Shown piece after piece: positions 26,158 through 41,048 of a stretch of DNA of 64,000 nt; the stretch's first letter is position 1; every line of letters starts with the position of its first letter. The notes beneath the pieces are model-generated. The model made no database searches and was not told the origin of the DNA. It saw only the letters and a program-made list of their open reading frames with translations. The stretch is from Octopus vulgaris (Eukaryota). The stretch is taken from assembly GCA_951406725.2 (NCBI GenBank), contig OX597814.1, forward strand, positions 125,240,001 to 125,304,000, in the 5' to 3' direction. Position numbers and translations under genes: made by a program.

Positions 26158-27050
26158 TATTTACGGATAAATACAATATAAGGTCGCTGAGTACATGATT
26201 AACAAGTCGCAGAATTATGTAATACCATTGTATCCGAAATGCGCGTGAGTTGATTAAATATGTATAATTCTTTCTTTTATGTTTTCTACACACACACTTT
26301 CATAAATACATATAAATGAAGTGGGAGCGAGAGTGAGAGATTCGAAAATGATTATTCTAATATTTGAATATATTAACAATATATTTGTGTGTGAGAATGT
26401 ATGTATATATGTATGTATGCATATATGTATGTATGAATGTACGCATGTATGTGTATAGGTTGGTAGTATGTACAGTTCATATAATTTCATAGTTGGTGGT
26501 TTCACACATCGCCGACAAAGCGTTTTGTTCTGCTCTTCATTCCTTCAACGGTCTTTCTACTATAGTGTCTGCAATAATTAAAAACTGGCCAGTTAAACCC
26601 ACACAAGCTTCGCCCAATCATCAATATATTTTAGTCTAAGAGAGCTTTAAAAGGTTTTGAAACATCGACACTAAAACACAGTAAAATGAAGCAATAAAAT
26701 ATAAAATTCTAAAAGCAGTCTTTTATGCATCTTATTCTAATAAATAAATATTCAAAAATTTTTCTGAAAATGAGCGAGAGAGGATTGAAACGTCGGTGAA
26801 AGAAATAACGACTTTAGTTGTTTCGGTTTTAATTGACCAATCAATACATCAAAGAATCTCATTAAATAATCTTCACATGTTTTCGATGCAGGAACATATG
26901 TATCGATTAATTACATAGACAATGCATACATTTTATGTATGTAGTAAATATTACATACGTATAAGTGTATTTGTGAATATACAGAGTTCTGAGGACGGCA
27001 CACATGCGTATTTCTACTTGTGTATACGTATGTGCATGTGTGTATGAGTG

Positions 27051-27096
<46 letters not shown>

Positions 27097-27180
27097 CACA
27101 TATATATATATATGTATGTATGTATGAATCTGTATTTGTGTGGTGTGTGTGTATGCATATGCAAGCTTATATACATGCAT

Positions 27181-27211
<31 letters not shown>

Positions 27212-27379
27212 CATACATACACACACATAACAGATTTATTGCCATTTGTATTACTAACATTAGTAAAATATCCTCCATAAGGATGAATTTTACTTAATTA
27301 TGCTGTTTCTATCCATAAGGCAAAGCATTATGAAACTACAAACCTATGAAAAAAGAACAACAATAACACTAATAATTAC

Positions 27380-27399
27380 CATTGTTATTATTATTATTA

Positions 27400-27440
<41 letters not shown>

Positions 27441-27444
27441 ATTA

Positions 27445-27491
<47 letters not shown>

Positions 27492-27492
27492 T
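27380..27492. repeat. (ATT)n microsatellite
   Basis: Direct reading. Confidence 0.9.
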
Positions 27493-27659
27493 AAAATGTT
27501 GGCTCAAGGTTAGTAATTTCGGGTAGTTGGGTAAGTTGATTAGATCGACCCGGTGCTTCTCTGGTACTTATTTAATAGACTTTGAGAGGATGAAAGGCAA
27601 AGTCAGTCTCGGAAGGATTTGAACTCAGAATGTAAAGACTGACGAAATGCTTTCTTCTT

Positions 27660-27689
<30 letters not shown>

Positions 27690-27725
<36 letters not shown>

Positions 27726-29660
27726 TAGGTTTTTTTTTATAGTGTGATTTCATTTCACTACCGAGGGCAGCTCTGTGTGCATTGGGTATGTGCTGTGATT
27801 TGTTGTGATGCTCTGTGTATGGAAAGTGTTCTGCGTAGGATGTGTGCAGTGCCTAGTAGTGCAATTTTCTGTATGTTATATGTGTTTGTAAGTCCTGGTG
27901 TTTTTGTTATGTATTTGTCTAAATATTTTTTTTATCATGCCTAATGCACCTACTATGATAGGAATTGTTTCTGTTTTCAGATTCCACATTCTAGTTACCT
28001 CTATTTCCAGGTCTTTGTATTTTGAGAGTTTCTCCATTTATTTTAGAGACACGTTGTCATCTGCCGGTATTGATACATCAATTAGAAAGCATTTTTTTCT
28101 TCATGATCCCTGACAACTATATCTGGTATGTTGGCCTTAATTTCTCTATCTGTGTGTATCGGCATATCCCAGAGTATGGTTGCTTTCTCGTTTTCTGTTA
28201 CCTTTTCTGGTGTGTGCCTATACCATCTTTTTTCTGTTGTTATTTCATAATGTTGGCATAGCTTCCAGTGTATGTAGGTTCCAACTCTGTCATGTCTGTG
28301 AATATATTCCTTTTTAGCCAGGACTGGGCAGCCAGAGATGATATGATTTATTGTTTCTTGTCCATCTCCACATATTCTGCAGTTACTAGTTATATTTCTT
28401 TTCATTACATCTTTTTGGTAATTTCTGGTGAGGAGGCTTTGGTCTTGTGCTGCAATTAAAAATCCCCCTGTCTCTGCTTTGAGTCCTGAGCTTCTCAACC
28501 ATTACTGGAAGTTTTCTTTGTCTATTTCTTTTGCGTTTAGTTTAGTCCAGTATTTACCATGAAGGGGCTTTTCTTGCCATCGTTTTATCATGGTTCGTTG
28601 CTGTTCTATTTTTAGTTTGGATTTCATTTGTTTTATAGTTTTTGTTGTTTCTTTATCTTCTTCTTCTTTTTCATATTTATTAGGTGGTATGATTTCTTGT
28701 TTATATTTGTCAGCTTCCTTAAATACTGAGAACAGTTTTTTGTTTTGCTCGTGTTTTGCCGCTATTTGTATTAGTTTTCCTTCCTTCTGAAGTAGATATT
28801 TTTGCAGTCCTATGGTGGTTATTTTATAGTAGTTTTCCAGCTGTATAAGGCCTCTACCACCTTCTATACGTTGTATATATAGTCTTTCTATGTCAGATTT
28901 TGGGTGATGCATCCGAGATCCTGTCATTATTTTTCTTGTTTTCCTATCTATTTTGGTCAGTTCATTTAGTGTCCAGTTAAGGATATTGTAGCTGTAACTT
29001 ATAACTGGGACAGCTAAAGTGCTAATACCTATTATCTTGTTTTTAGCATTGAGCTCCGTTTTTAGTATTGATCTAACTCGTCTATAATATTCTTCTTTTA
29101 TTTTCTCTTTCATTTGTGTGTGTTGTGTCTTATCTAGTTCATGGATTCCTAAGTATTTGTAAGTTTGGCTTTGGTCTAATTCTTTTATTTCATTGGTTTT
29201 ATCTAGTGTGATATTGCTACTCTTAACTAGTTTTCCTCTTTTCAGGGTTACTTTGGCGCATTTTTCTAATCCAAATTTCATATCTATTTCTTTGGTAAAT
29301 CCATGAACTGTCTTTAATAGTGTTTCCAGCTGTTTGTCATTTGCAGCGTATAGTTTTAGGTCATCCATATATAAAAGGTGGCTGATCGTTTTGCCGTAAC
29401 ATTTATATCCGCATCTAGTTCTATTTAGCATATCAGATAGAGGTGACAGTACCAAGCAGAAAAGGAGTGGAGAGAGCGTGTCTCCCTGGAATATTCCTCT
29501 TCTGATGGGGATGGCTTTGGTTTTCATGAGTCCCTCTTTTTTTTTTGGAGCTGTAGCACTGTTTGCCATTTATTCATAGAGTGCCCTATGAATTTTATAA
29601 TTGTTGGTGCTACTTTGTTAATGGCTAGTGTTTCGAAGATCCATGTGTGGGGGATGCTGT
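27690..29660 (-). mobile_element. R4/Dong-clade RLE non-LTR retrotransposon, 5'-truncated and frameshifted
   Basis: RT motifs GIFQGDTLSP, YMDD, FGLEKC, YKYLG and GGRGL (28502-29569); CCHC knuckle CRIC..HIISGC, RHD and PDIV (28082-28498); terminal IQKIALLGTAHILR; (TAA)n tail. Confidence 0.9.
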
Positions 29661-29664
29661 CATT

Positions 29665-30480
29665 TCGGCGGCGGCGGCGGTAGTGGTGGTGGTGGTGGTG
29701 GTGGTGGTCTTTCAGCATTCTTATTTCCACTGCATGTTTTCTCTGGACGACTGAACGAAGCTCCATGTACGTCAGATAAGGGCAATGTTTGGTGTTGGCT
29801 GTTTCTATTGTACTGAAAGCGCTCTGCGTAATGTGTGACCTGCTTAGTGTTATTTTCTGTATACTTTGCATCTTTGCAAGTCCTGGTGATCTAGTTATAT
29901 ATTTATCTACACTTTCATCATACCCAAATCATCTATTCAAGAGCGTAGCCAGATTTTAAAGTCAGTGGGAACTAGCAAATTACAAAAATGCGGTGTGACA
30001 TATACCAAATGATTTTTAACTCATTGATTATATGTTTTATAAAAGGTGCCAATTCTAAAAAAAATGTGCTCGATGTTGATCCCTTGGCTCCCCTATTAGC
30101 TACGCCACTGTATCAATTATTATAGAGATTGTTTCTGCTTTCAACCAATCGTTTTGTCTTAATGTCCAGATCTTCATTCATTTTATCCCAATATCCGGAT
30201 CTTCATGACTGGATAGTTCCTTTATTACTTTGAGATATATATTTTTGTTTGTAGGGATGGTACTTCAATTAGAATGTACTTTTTCTTTCTTCTGTACTTT
30301 TGCAACAATTCTAGCAAATTAGCCCTGCCTATATATAATGACATGCCAAAGTATAGTCTGTTTTTCATGTCGGAAACTTTTCTATAGTATGCTAATATCA
30401 TCTCTTTTCTGTTAGTGTTTCGTAATACTCGCATGTCCAAACTGTGGCATACCTGTGGATGTATTCATTCATAACCCTGC
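29665..30480 (-). mobile_element. More decayed R4-like element 3' fragment, interrupted by a MITE
   Basis: Minus-strand remnants PGL..QSIQKITL..HI, EKQTILW and EYIH, followed by a (CAC/CGC)n tract. Confidence 0.5.
29938..30110. mobile_element. hAT-like MITE
   Basis: TIRs caagagcgtagc / gctacgccactg; the 8-bp flanks catctatt / tatcaatt match at 6 of 8 positions. Confidence 0.55.
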
Positions 30481-31077
30481 TCATAATAATGTGACTAATT
30501 TTTTGTTTCATAATCTCTACAAATTCTGGAGTTACTATATTCAGTTTCTCATTTATGCTTTTGGTAAGTTCTATTGGGTTGGCTTTGATGCACTACATAT
30601 AAGTTATTGTAAAGAAAACACTTCTAATCTACCTTAAACTGTCTAAACGTAGAAGTGGCAATAAGAAAACGTATTACACGCTTTACACCACCATATGACA
30701 TTAATGTGATTACACATATCGCGTAAACCTTCTTCCTTTACAATAGAAAATATTTTCTTCCGCAACATAAGTATATGCAGTTATTCCTAGCTTTAGCTGG
30801 AATTTAGCCACGTCTAACTTACACAAACTCAACGAAAATGAAAACGATCATCACAGCAGTAATAACTGCTTAGAATGTAGCCTATAAATATATGGTCAGC
30901 GCTAATAACTCCTTTACATACTACTTGACTTCCAGATCCAAATACAAGCAAACAGCAAGTTCCTGGCATGTTCTCGAACGAAACAAAACGCCTCTTGTTG
31001 TACTCACTATTTTAATTAAGCACATGCATGTGTGTCTGACATGTATATATACATATATACATACATATATATATACA

Positions 31078-31154
<77 letters not shown>

Positions 31155-31253
31155 TCATGTATATATACATATATATATATATTCATGTATATATACATAT
31201 ATATATATATATACTCATGTATATATACATATATACATACATATATATATACA

Positions 31254-31293
<40 letters not shown>

Positions 31294-31850
31294 TTTTTTT
31301 TGCGTAATGAGATAAAAAAACCAAGGCTGTATAGATATTAGAGCATTTATAGATAGAAGGTCTTACAGCTGTTTCTAGGATATTAATTAATAATATCCCT
31401 TCATGGGAGACGGTGTGAGAGGAAAAATTAAGACATAGTTAGTTTTGATAGGTCTCAATGACACCATTATCTCTCTTATATATATATATATATATATATA
31501 TGCGCGCTTTTATCCATGCGCACTACTTCACATACGTATGATAAATTATTGTCATGTGATACTCCCACACGCTTCTATACATTCACATACATATATTTCC
31601 TATTTTTATCGTCTGTTCTTTGTAATTAAAACTTCTTGTATTTCTTCTTTACATGTTTTTTTTTATTTCAACCAATAACAATTTCGCTTGGCCCTCGCTA
31701 ATAAAAGAAATCTTGATCTTTGTCAATATACATTCTTTATGTAATGGCAAAACTAATAGTGAGAATTGAGTTCCAGCAGAGACCAATCGAAGAAATGACA
31801 GGGCCAACCTACTCATTACAGCAAGTTACTAATAAACGATAAATAATCAA

Positions 31851-31864
31851 GTTGCTATGGCAAC
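31851..31864. promoter_or_regulatory. RFX X-box-like palindrome GTTGCTATGGCAAC
   Basis: Matches the RFX consensus GTNRCY-N0-3-RGYAAC; a CCAAT lies at 31783-31787. Confidence 0.4.
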
Positions 31865-33244
31865 AGGAACTTTCTACATAAACGTAGACCATGTTTCTAA
31901 ATTCATCACTATATAATGTTCAGAGAACTGTTTTCATTATCTGAATTACTATTTCACTTCATTTATTTGATTTCTCTTCCATTGTCAAACTACATTTATT
32001 TATTTATTTATTTATTTTATATATACACATATATATACTTTTTCGTTTTTCATTTTCCGCACAATCAGTTGCTTTATTACTGTTTTTTTAAATTAGTATT
32101 TTGGCGAGTCTTTAAGGAATTTCACATAACCAAATATTTATGGAAAAATAAAAAGAAAGTAAAAAAAATATAGAAAAGAAGAAATGAAATTCTTTCATTA
32201 ATGAATTGAAGTTTTTCTTTCAATTAATTTTGTATTTTCTCTGACCTTTGTACCTTGTAGAAATTAACTTTGGAATCGATAACCAAAAACAGCGACTTCC
32301 TACCTCTCTCTCTCCTAAATAGACGTCGATGAATGTCTCACAGTGATTTTGGTGTAAAAGGAGGGTATCAATAAATTTGGAAATATCAATTCATATAAAC
32401 TCTCTAAAGACAAAAACATAGAAAACGACTTGATTTTGCTGTGGTTAAAGAAAGAAATAATGGAGTACATAAGTTGATATTAATGTCTAAAGGGTCAGCA
32501 CTTAGCAAGTGGAAGTTGAGTATCAATTCCAGGTTACCGTCATGAGTTATTTAAATTTCTGAAAGCTTCTTGTTCCAATAGAATAGCAGTGTCAGTTATT
32601 TTATATAAAGCAGACATCACGCATGAAGACATTTAGATTGCTGAACATTAGGATGGACAAAAGAAATAACTGAAGTGCTTTGGAGTTGCAATGTTAATCA
32701 GCGACAAAGGTATAAGAATTGACAACATTTTTTTGGTCTGGGATTCATCAAAAGATAAATTATAAAAGAGAGATACCAGATCAATAAAGTCTAATATGTG
32801 AAAATAGGTAGACGTATGTTGGAAGTTACAGATTAATCGATTCAAGATTCTAATCATATCACCTCAGCTACCATACTAAGGCCTTTTAAACGGCATAAAA
32901 AACGACAACTATTTTCAGGTCTACCGGAAAAGGCAGCAGAAAAATAAACCTAGTGCAGTGTTATTAGACTGACCTAATGTGTTTGAATACATGAAGCGAA
33001 ATATTAAATTTTGGTTTAAACACAAAGGAGGCAATTTTGAGAGGAAGAGTTATCAACTTCTGTATTTTATTGATTCCGAAGGGATGAAATGCAAAAATTG
33101 ATCTCGGTGGAATTTGAAATCCAAGCATAAAGAACCGGAACAAATACCGAAAAGCACTTCTTCTGATGCTCTAACGATTCTGCCACCAGGCTGCTTTTGT
33201 AAGATATGATACTAGTGGTTGATGACCTCACGCAAGATAAGGAG

Positions 33245-33428
33245 GGCGGCGAGCTTAGCGGTATTTCGTCTGCCGTTACGTTATGAGTTCAAATTCCGCC
33301 GAGGTCGACTTTGCCTTTCATCTTTTCGGGGTCGATAAATTAAGTACAAGTTACGCACTGGGGCTGATGTAATCGATTGAAACCCTTTATCTGTCCTTGT
33401 TTGCCCCCTTTATACTGTGGGAAATAAA
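33245..33428 (+). mobile_element. SINE family B
   Basis: Core match; a diverged inverted copy lies at about 33005-33195. Confidence 0.75.
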
Positions 33429-34274
33429 GACATAAATATTTTTCATGTAGATCATCGTTATGTGGGTTATTTATACATGATGTACGTATGTATGTATGTA
33501 TGTATGTATGTATGTATGTATGTATGTATGTATGTATGTATGTATGTGTGCATGTATGTACATACGTATGTATATATGTATAGATGCATGTAATATATAC
33601 ACATATACATACACACACATACGCACACTTACGCTTGCACACATGTATTTATATGTACACATACCATACGAGATGGTAGTTTCTCATAGCCTGAGACAAA
33701 CGGTTTGCACACAGTATTTGTTTATAGGGATCAAAGGTTCATGCTGTACGTTAGCACACTCTCTCCATCAAATCGACATTGCTTTAACAGGTGCACGAAG
33801 TACCAAGCGTCAGGTGTCGAAGAGATCGCAGAGCACCGTGAGATGAAGTGTTTTGCTCAAGAACACAATTCCCCACCCGGTCTAGGAATTGAAACCACGA
33901 TCTCGAGATCATGGGTGTAATACCCTGATCATACATACATACATACATACATACATACATACATACATACATACATACATACATGCATACATATCATATC
34001 GTTGCTATTATGCAAAAGTATCGTAAGTCCAAAACTGCTTTTTCAGAAAACGAAAAAATTGTTTCATCATTCCATAGCAAAACGGTTGTGTTACACTGCG
34101 ACAATCTTTGATATTTCGGCATCTGAAGCAGTTGGAGATACGATAGTTTGACCAAAAGAACCGGCTATTGCAAACAAAAATAAATATTTCAAAAAGCGCA
34201 TTTGGCCAAATTTGGACACACGACAGTTTAAGAAATAGCAACGACACACACATACGCACACACGCACACTCACA

Positions 34275-34337
<63 letters not shown>

Positions 34338-34552
34338 TCACAAATGCACTTATATCCCAAATATTATCAATTATGATATATAGACGGTTATCTTCATTTG
34401 ATACAACCTAAATTGAATATACCGGATTTGTATTCAACCGGGTGGCTATACGCAGCATCAGTGAATATTTTATCCACTAATTCCTAAAGTAGAAGTGGCG
34501 ATTTCTGGTCGGAGCATAGGGCTGGTTTCGAGTATATATATATATATATATA

Positions 34553-35178
34553 TATAAATCCTTAAATCCTTAAATCCTTTAAAATGTTTCAGCCCGAAAG
34601 CTGCGGTCATGCTGGGGCACCACCGTTGATTGTGCTACACTAGTATGTGAAACCCCCTCTGATAAGTGGCACTTGGTCAACAAGGGAGTTCGACGCAGCT
34701 GCCCGCATCTGTGTTTCCTATCGAGAGGTAAGTTCATCTGGAACCTCCTGACAAGAAGAGATCAAGTTTAGTTTTAAAAGCCCACATCCACACCATGCAG
34801 TTCTCTCAGGCACTTAGGAAGGACATTGATGAGCTGTGGTCCCCTGAAACCCAAGCTACTGCAGTACCTGGTCCTGTATTTTGATGGTGATGCTGGGATC
34901 TTTTTTGCAACATGCAGTGGCGCCCCGTTCTGCTGTTGGGGGTAACTTTGGGACAAGCCCCCCCCCCCAGGATTTTCCAGATGTATATCACAGCGTATCT
35001 CTTCCGCCTTCGCTACAGGGAGAAGAGTTTTAATACTTTCAGTCTTTCCCTGTAGCTGATATGTTGCATTGAGACGATCTTCTTAGTGTAGCTTCGTCGG
35101 ATTGCTTCGAGTTCTGCTGTTAACTTTATATTGTGTGGTGACCATAGTTGGGAACAGTAGCCCAAGCGACTGAGGACG
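34553..35178 (-). mobile_element. CR1-type LINE 3' fragment
   Basis: Minus strand YCSQLWSPH..LEAIRRSYTK.I..SYRERLK.L.LFSL..RR..YAVIYIWKIL, then a 3' UTR and a (GGATTTAA)n tail. Confidence 0.8.
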
Positions 35179-35179
35179 A

Positions 35180-35287
<108 letters not shown>

Positions 35288-35295
35288 CTGCTGAT

Positions 35296-35620
35296 AGATC
35301 CCCTTCGGTCATGTCTGACCATGGGATTGCACCTAGAAAGTTACCCTCCCCGGCACAAGTCCGAGCAAGGTTGTTTATGGAAGACCAGCAGTCGCCTATG
35401 CATACCAGCCTCCCCTCTCCACGCCACCAATGTTATCCAAGGGAAAGGCAAAGGCCGATACAGCTTGGCACCTGTGACGTCGCAACTGATTTCTACAGCT
35501 GAGTGAACTGGAGCAACGTAAAATAAAGTGTCTTGCTCAAGAACACAATACGCAGCCCGGTCCGGGATTCGAACTCACAACCTCACGATCGTAAGCTCGA
35601 CGCTCTAACCACTGAGTCAT
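35296..35620 (-). mobile_element. SINE family C
   Basis: Reverse: tgactcagtggttagagcg..gagttcgaatcccgg..ttgagcaagacact..ccagttcactcagct. Confidence 0.75.
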
Positions 35621-36485
35621 GTGTGTGTGTGTGTATGTGAGAGACAATCGCTTGACAACGAGTATTAGTTTGTTTACGTCCTCGTAAATTAGCAATTCGG
35701 TAAAAGAGAAACCGATAGAATAAATATATGATTGTAAACAAAATTGTACTGGGGCAGAGTGTCCGGCTTCTCTTTACATGGCCTCAAACAACGACTCAAA
35801 CAAATAAAAGAAAAAAAGTGGTGTGGTCATTGCTGGCTGACATGCTTTAGGTCAAAGATCAGTTCCGTTAATGCTGACATGAGTGAGATAAACTGCAACA
35901 ATCAGCTATTGATTAGCCAAATGGATGCTTCTGTGAGATGCAAAAAGCCAGTTGAAGTCATTGATCTCGAATGCATGTAAATAAAAGACATTTACACTGA
36001 TTACACGCGGAGAAAGTAATTTTGTCCTCAAAGACAAAATATTCCGGTGAAACAGTTGAGTTAACATAAAAGTCTATATAACGACGTCGTTGCTATTTCG
36101 TTCATGTGATAATTGTTTTAGTTACTTGAAGAATTGGGAAGCTTGAAATAGCTGCAGGAAAGCTAGTTAATAATGTTTTTAAAGGATCCACACTTTTAGC
36201 ATAACCTCGCACAGAAGGACAGAAAATTAATAAAAAATAAATACATGAAAAACAAATAGAGTGCAAGAGAAGAGATATACGGATAAAGAGACTTATATAT
36301 AACGAGATAACGGATAAAGATACATACATAACGTGATAAATAGATAAGGATATATATATATGTGGGGGGGTGTATATACACGCATATATATATGTGTGTA
36401 TGTGTGTGTATGTAAGCGTATGCTAATATATACATATATGTATATATACATATACAAGTGTGTGTGTGTGTATGTGTGTATGCTA

Positions 36486-36571
<86 letters not shown>

Positions 36572-36839
36572 ATATACATATACATGTGTGTGTAAGTTTG
36601 AGTGAGTGTATGTGTGTGCATATACGGCATATAACCAGAGGATTATTAAATTGACGTTTAAGATAACTAATTCTAGAACACTGTTAACATCTTATCTTTC
36701 GTCAGATATGCGTTCAACTTCATGTCTTTTTTTCTTTAAAATACCCACAGGTAGCTGCCGGTGTGTATATAGCCTCGAGAAGCAGAACAGAACACAAGTA
36801 ATTAAAAATAAATCCGTTAGCTTCCTATTCTTTCTCACA

Positions 36840-36926
<87 letters not shown>

Positions 36927-37018
36927 CACACATATGTACAAATGGTAGCATATGTATGTATGCGTGTGTACATGAATGTACATATGTATGTATATGTATT
37001 ATGTATGTATACAACTGT

Positions 37019-37050
<32 letters not shown>

Positions 37051-37275
37051 TATACAAATGTATGTGTATATGTATATATGCGTGTGCGCGCGTGTATGAA
37101 ATAGTATAATACACACACACGTTTATATATTCATATATGCATATATGTATATGTGTATATCTGTATGTATATATGTATGTATGTATATACATATTTGTTT
37201 GTGTCTGTATGTGTGTGTATGTATTTGTCTGTCAATCTATCCCCCTTCTCTTACTCTCTCTCTCTCTCTCTCTCT

Positions 37276-37319
<44 letters not shown>

Positions 37320-37999
37320 GGAGGTGCGGGTGAGACGTGGGGAGCGAGAAAGATGGCGAGCAAACTAGTTATGAGTATTTTCAAAAAGTCATGATGTTGA
37401 ATGCGTACCTGACCAAAGATAAAGTTTTGAAGTATATCTCTGATTTATTCAGTTTAAACATCTAGTTCAGAATCTTCTTATATATACTCTACCTCTCCTT
37501 ATCCCTTTACCTCTCTCTCTCTCTCCCTCTCTCTCTTTCCTTCTTATTTTTATACACTATTTCTCCGCGAGGCTATGGAAATACTGTGAGTTACCTACGG
37601 CTTAGTGCATTTTGTAGCTGAAAAATGGAGACAAAAGCATTAAATGTTTGTAAGTCAGTAAAGGAATGGTGACGTCTACAGGACTGGGAAATGCTATCAC
37701 TGTCAAGAAGGGGGAATAGGAATAAAGATTGGAACAACTGAAAATTTCTCAACCTGCAATAGTCAGGAATCAGGAAGATTCTCGCCATAATGTTGCTCAA
37801 CCAGTGACGCAACTTGAGTGTGTGTCCCTCGTTGCAGCTTTTAAATTTGCCGCTGTCCCTGGTCCAATGCCACCTATACAGGCTTATACAGCAGATCTAA
37901 AAGTGTCGCCCCAGAGCAGACAACCTCATCGCTCTTCACCCCCTAGTTACGCTTACTATGCTCAACTGTAGGTTTGTTTAAAACACACGGTAAGTTCAG

Positions 38000-38470
38000 A
38001 AGAAGCATCGTGGATACGATGATCTAACTTCGTTAGAAATGTATGAAATAGAACACAGCACTCTATGCGGTTTTCAACGACGTCACGTGGTCAATCGATC
38101 CAGTAAACCAGTCAGGTACTCAGATGTGGTGTAAGTCCAGAAATAAACCTCACTAAATACTGGCATGAAAGCTTGGGCTACGCAACTGAACTTCAGCCCC
38201 TCACAGTTTGATATTACAGTGGGAGTCAAACTAGAGCCAGCGTTACTCTATATGTGCCAGAGACCTTCGAGAGGAACTTCGCAACTCAACTGAGTTCAGA
38301 CAATTCCTGCTGCTAGATCTATTAAAGCGACATATTTCGAAACCAAGTCTAAAACTCGAATTATGTTAGAGATGGAAATGTTATTTACTGATGATTGTGC
38401 TCTTGTGTGCCATAGAGTAGAAGACATGGAAAGCATGGTGGATGTTTTTGTCAGTGCAACCACAAAAGTA
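38000..38470 (+). mobile_element. Decayed RTE (BovB-like) LINE RT fragment
   Basis: Remnants LYAVF.D.T..D.VN, FDITVGVK and EMLFTDDCALVCH..EDMESMVDVF. Confidence 0.7.
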
Positions 38471-39869
38471 TCTCCATAAGATAATAATCAATATGAGTTT
38501 AGTTGATTTTTTTCAGTCACACTTTAAATTGTATTGAGGGAGGGAAGGAAAGAGAGAGAGGGGAGAGGAAGAAGAGAGCGGAGGGGAGAGATACAAAGAG
38601 AGTTAACGTTAAGAGGTACAGGATAAGTCCACATGCTAGGATTGATGGCAGGCAATGAGTAAAGGGACGCTACACACACGTGATGAGAAAGAAACAGAGA
38701 GGAGGTGGAAGAAGAAGAAGAAGTTACAGAGTTGGTAGGTGTTACACAAATAAGAAGTTTGTGTTAGTGAATTATATTTAGGGTTGTAAAGAAATAGCTA
38801 TTTCGTCTGCCGTTACGTTCTGAGTTCAAATTCCGCCGAGGTCGACTTTATCTTTCATTTTTTCGGGGTCGAAAAATTAAATATCAGTTGCGTACTGGGT
38901 CAATCTAATCGACTGGCCCCCTCCTCCAAAATTTCAGGACTTGTGCCTATTGTAGAAGAGATTATTTTTCGAAGTTAAAGGCAGTGAACTAGCAGAATCA
39001 TTAGCTTATCGGACAAAATGCTTAGGACATTTCTCCCGGCTCTTTTCACTCTAAGTTCCGCCGAGGTCGACTACATTCTTTGGGGGAAGATAAAATGCTA
39101 CCAGTTTAGCAGTGAAGCGCTGTAATCATCATCTTACTCCACCCTAACATTGCTAGCCTTGTGCTAAAGTTTGAAACCATTATTTATTCGAGTTTCATGT
39201 TTCTATCTTAATTAATTTACATACACTTTTTTTATTGATGCTTCAGAAATATTATGCATTTATGCTAATTCAAAAAGAAGAAATGAACAATGGAAAACGC
39301 ACATAGTATTGGTTATTAATCGAACATAATAATTATAACGACTAAGCGGTTCATCATCATCATCATAGATCGTCTGTCAAAATCGATGATAACTGTCCAT
39401 ATGCAAAGACTAGTGTTATAGTATCAAGATTGGATCGATCTTTTTCATAGTTTTGCTCTGAATTGCTGTGGACAAGCTGTAGTTACCAATGTTTAATCTC
39501 TTCCATGGTTCCTCATATCACAAATATCCTATTGTGAGTAGAGCATATGCCTTAGTAACCAGGTTTTCTCCATTCTTTAGACATATCCGGCTCAGCAGAG
39601 ATTGTCCTGTATACGTTACACAATACATGAACTGCTACGTGCTAAGCTTGTTGTTTTGGTCCAGTTGCTTTCTACCTACTGTCGACTTGAACTTGCTCAT
39701 CTTACTATGCAGTTCGTCACTGAGTCCACTATTACTACTGACTGTACCAAAATAAGCAAAATGGCATGCGCCTATCAGCACTTGCTTATCGAAAGCGATG
39801 AGCTAAGTTTATTCCCCTTGACTCAGGTCAAAAACGTGATGATACAGAAGTACAACGTTCTGGATATTA

Positions 39870-40259
39870 ATATTGTTTCAAATTTGGCACAAGGTCAATA
39901 ACTCCGGGTTTAGGAAGGAAGTCGATTATATATCAACTGGTACTTATTTTATCGACCCGGAAAGGATAAAAGGCAAAGTCGACTTCGGCCGAATTTGAAC
40001 TCAGAACGTAGCGGCAGACGAAATACCTATTTCTTTACTACCCACAGGGGGCTAAACACAGAGAGGACAAACAAGGACAGACAAACGGATTAAGTCGATT
40101 GCATCGACCCCAGTGCGTAACTGGTACTTATTTAATCGATCCCGAAAGGATGAAAGGCAAAGTCGACCTCGGCGGAATTTGAACTCAGAACATAACGGCA
40201 GACAAAATACGGCTAAGCATTTCGCCCGGCGTGCTAACGTTTCTGCCAGCTCACCGCCT
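39870..40259 (-). mobile_element. Dimeric SINE family B
   Basis: Two tandem reverse-strand units joined at gacgaaatacc-tatttc. Confidence 0.85.
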
Positions 40260-41048
40260 TAACTTCGAAAAATAATACTAATATTGAGGAATAGAGATTT
40301 CAGCGGGAATTGAACCTCGAATTATCCTGTTAATTGATGCCTTGAAATCAATGTTCAAGTTATTATATGCGAAAGTAGATCAAGATAAAGATATTCATTT
40401 CTACCCGAAGCACAAGATCCGAAATTTGGCGGGTTGGGGTGAGGGTGGCTAATAGATTACGATGACCCCCGGTGCTTGACTGGTATTTATTTTTTCGACC
40501 CCGAAAGGTGTGAACGGTACCGTCGACTGCGACAGAATTTGAACTCAGAACGTAAAGACAGAATGAATCAAGATAAAGATATTAAAAAAATAATTTGACG
40601 TACCTTGACTTATATCTTCCTAGGTACCCATAGGTGCTTTCTATTCTTCCCACGTACCCTGTTGTTGCTTTAGGTTAACTATAACAGCAACACGCTTGTT
40701 GCTGTTGATGATGCTTCTATTACTATGACATAACAATTTGATTACCTGGTGTTGGCAGGGTACCAGTTGAAAGCTATATCAAGATATTTGTTTCTATTTT
40801 TATTCATTTTATTTCGCGTTTCATACTAAATATATTCAATATCTTTGCTCACGCAATCCCATTTATTAATTGTTTAGTATTAATGTTATTCTGCAAGGAC
40901 GGCGAGCTGGCGGAATCGTTAAAACGTCAGACAAAATGCTTTGCGACATTTATAAGGGTTCTTTATGTTCTGAGGTCAACTTTGTCTTTCATCCCTTCAT
41001 GGGGTCGATAAAATAAAGTACTAGTCACGTACTGGGGTTGACGCAATC

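Noticed and set aside
32560-32860. Possible old RTE fragment
   Set aside because: Only one short motif (WTKEIT) is recognisable, which is too little to call.
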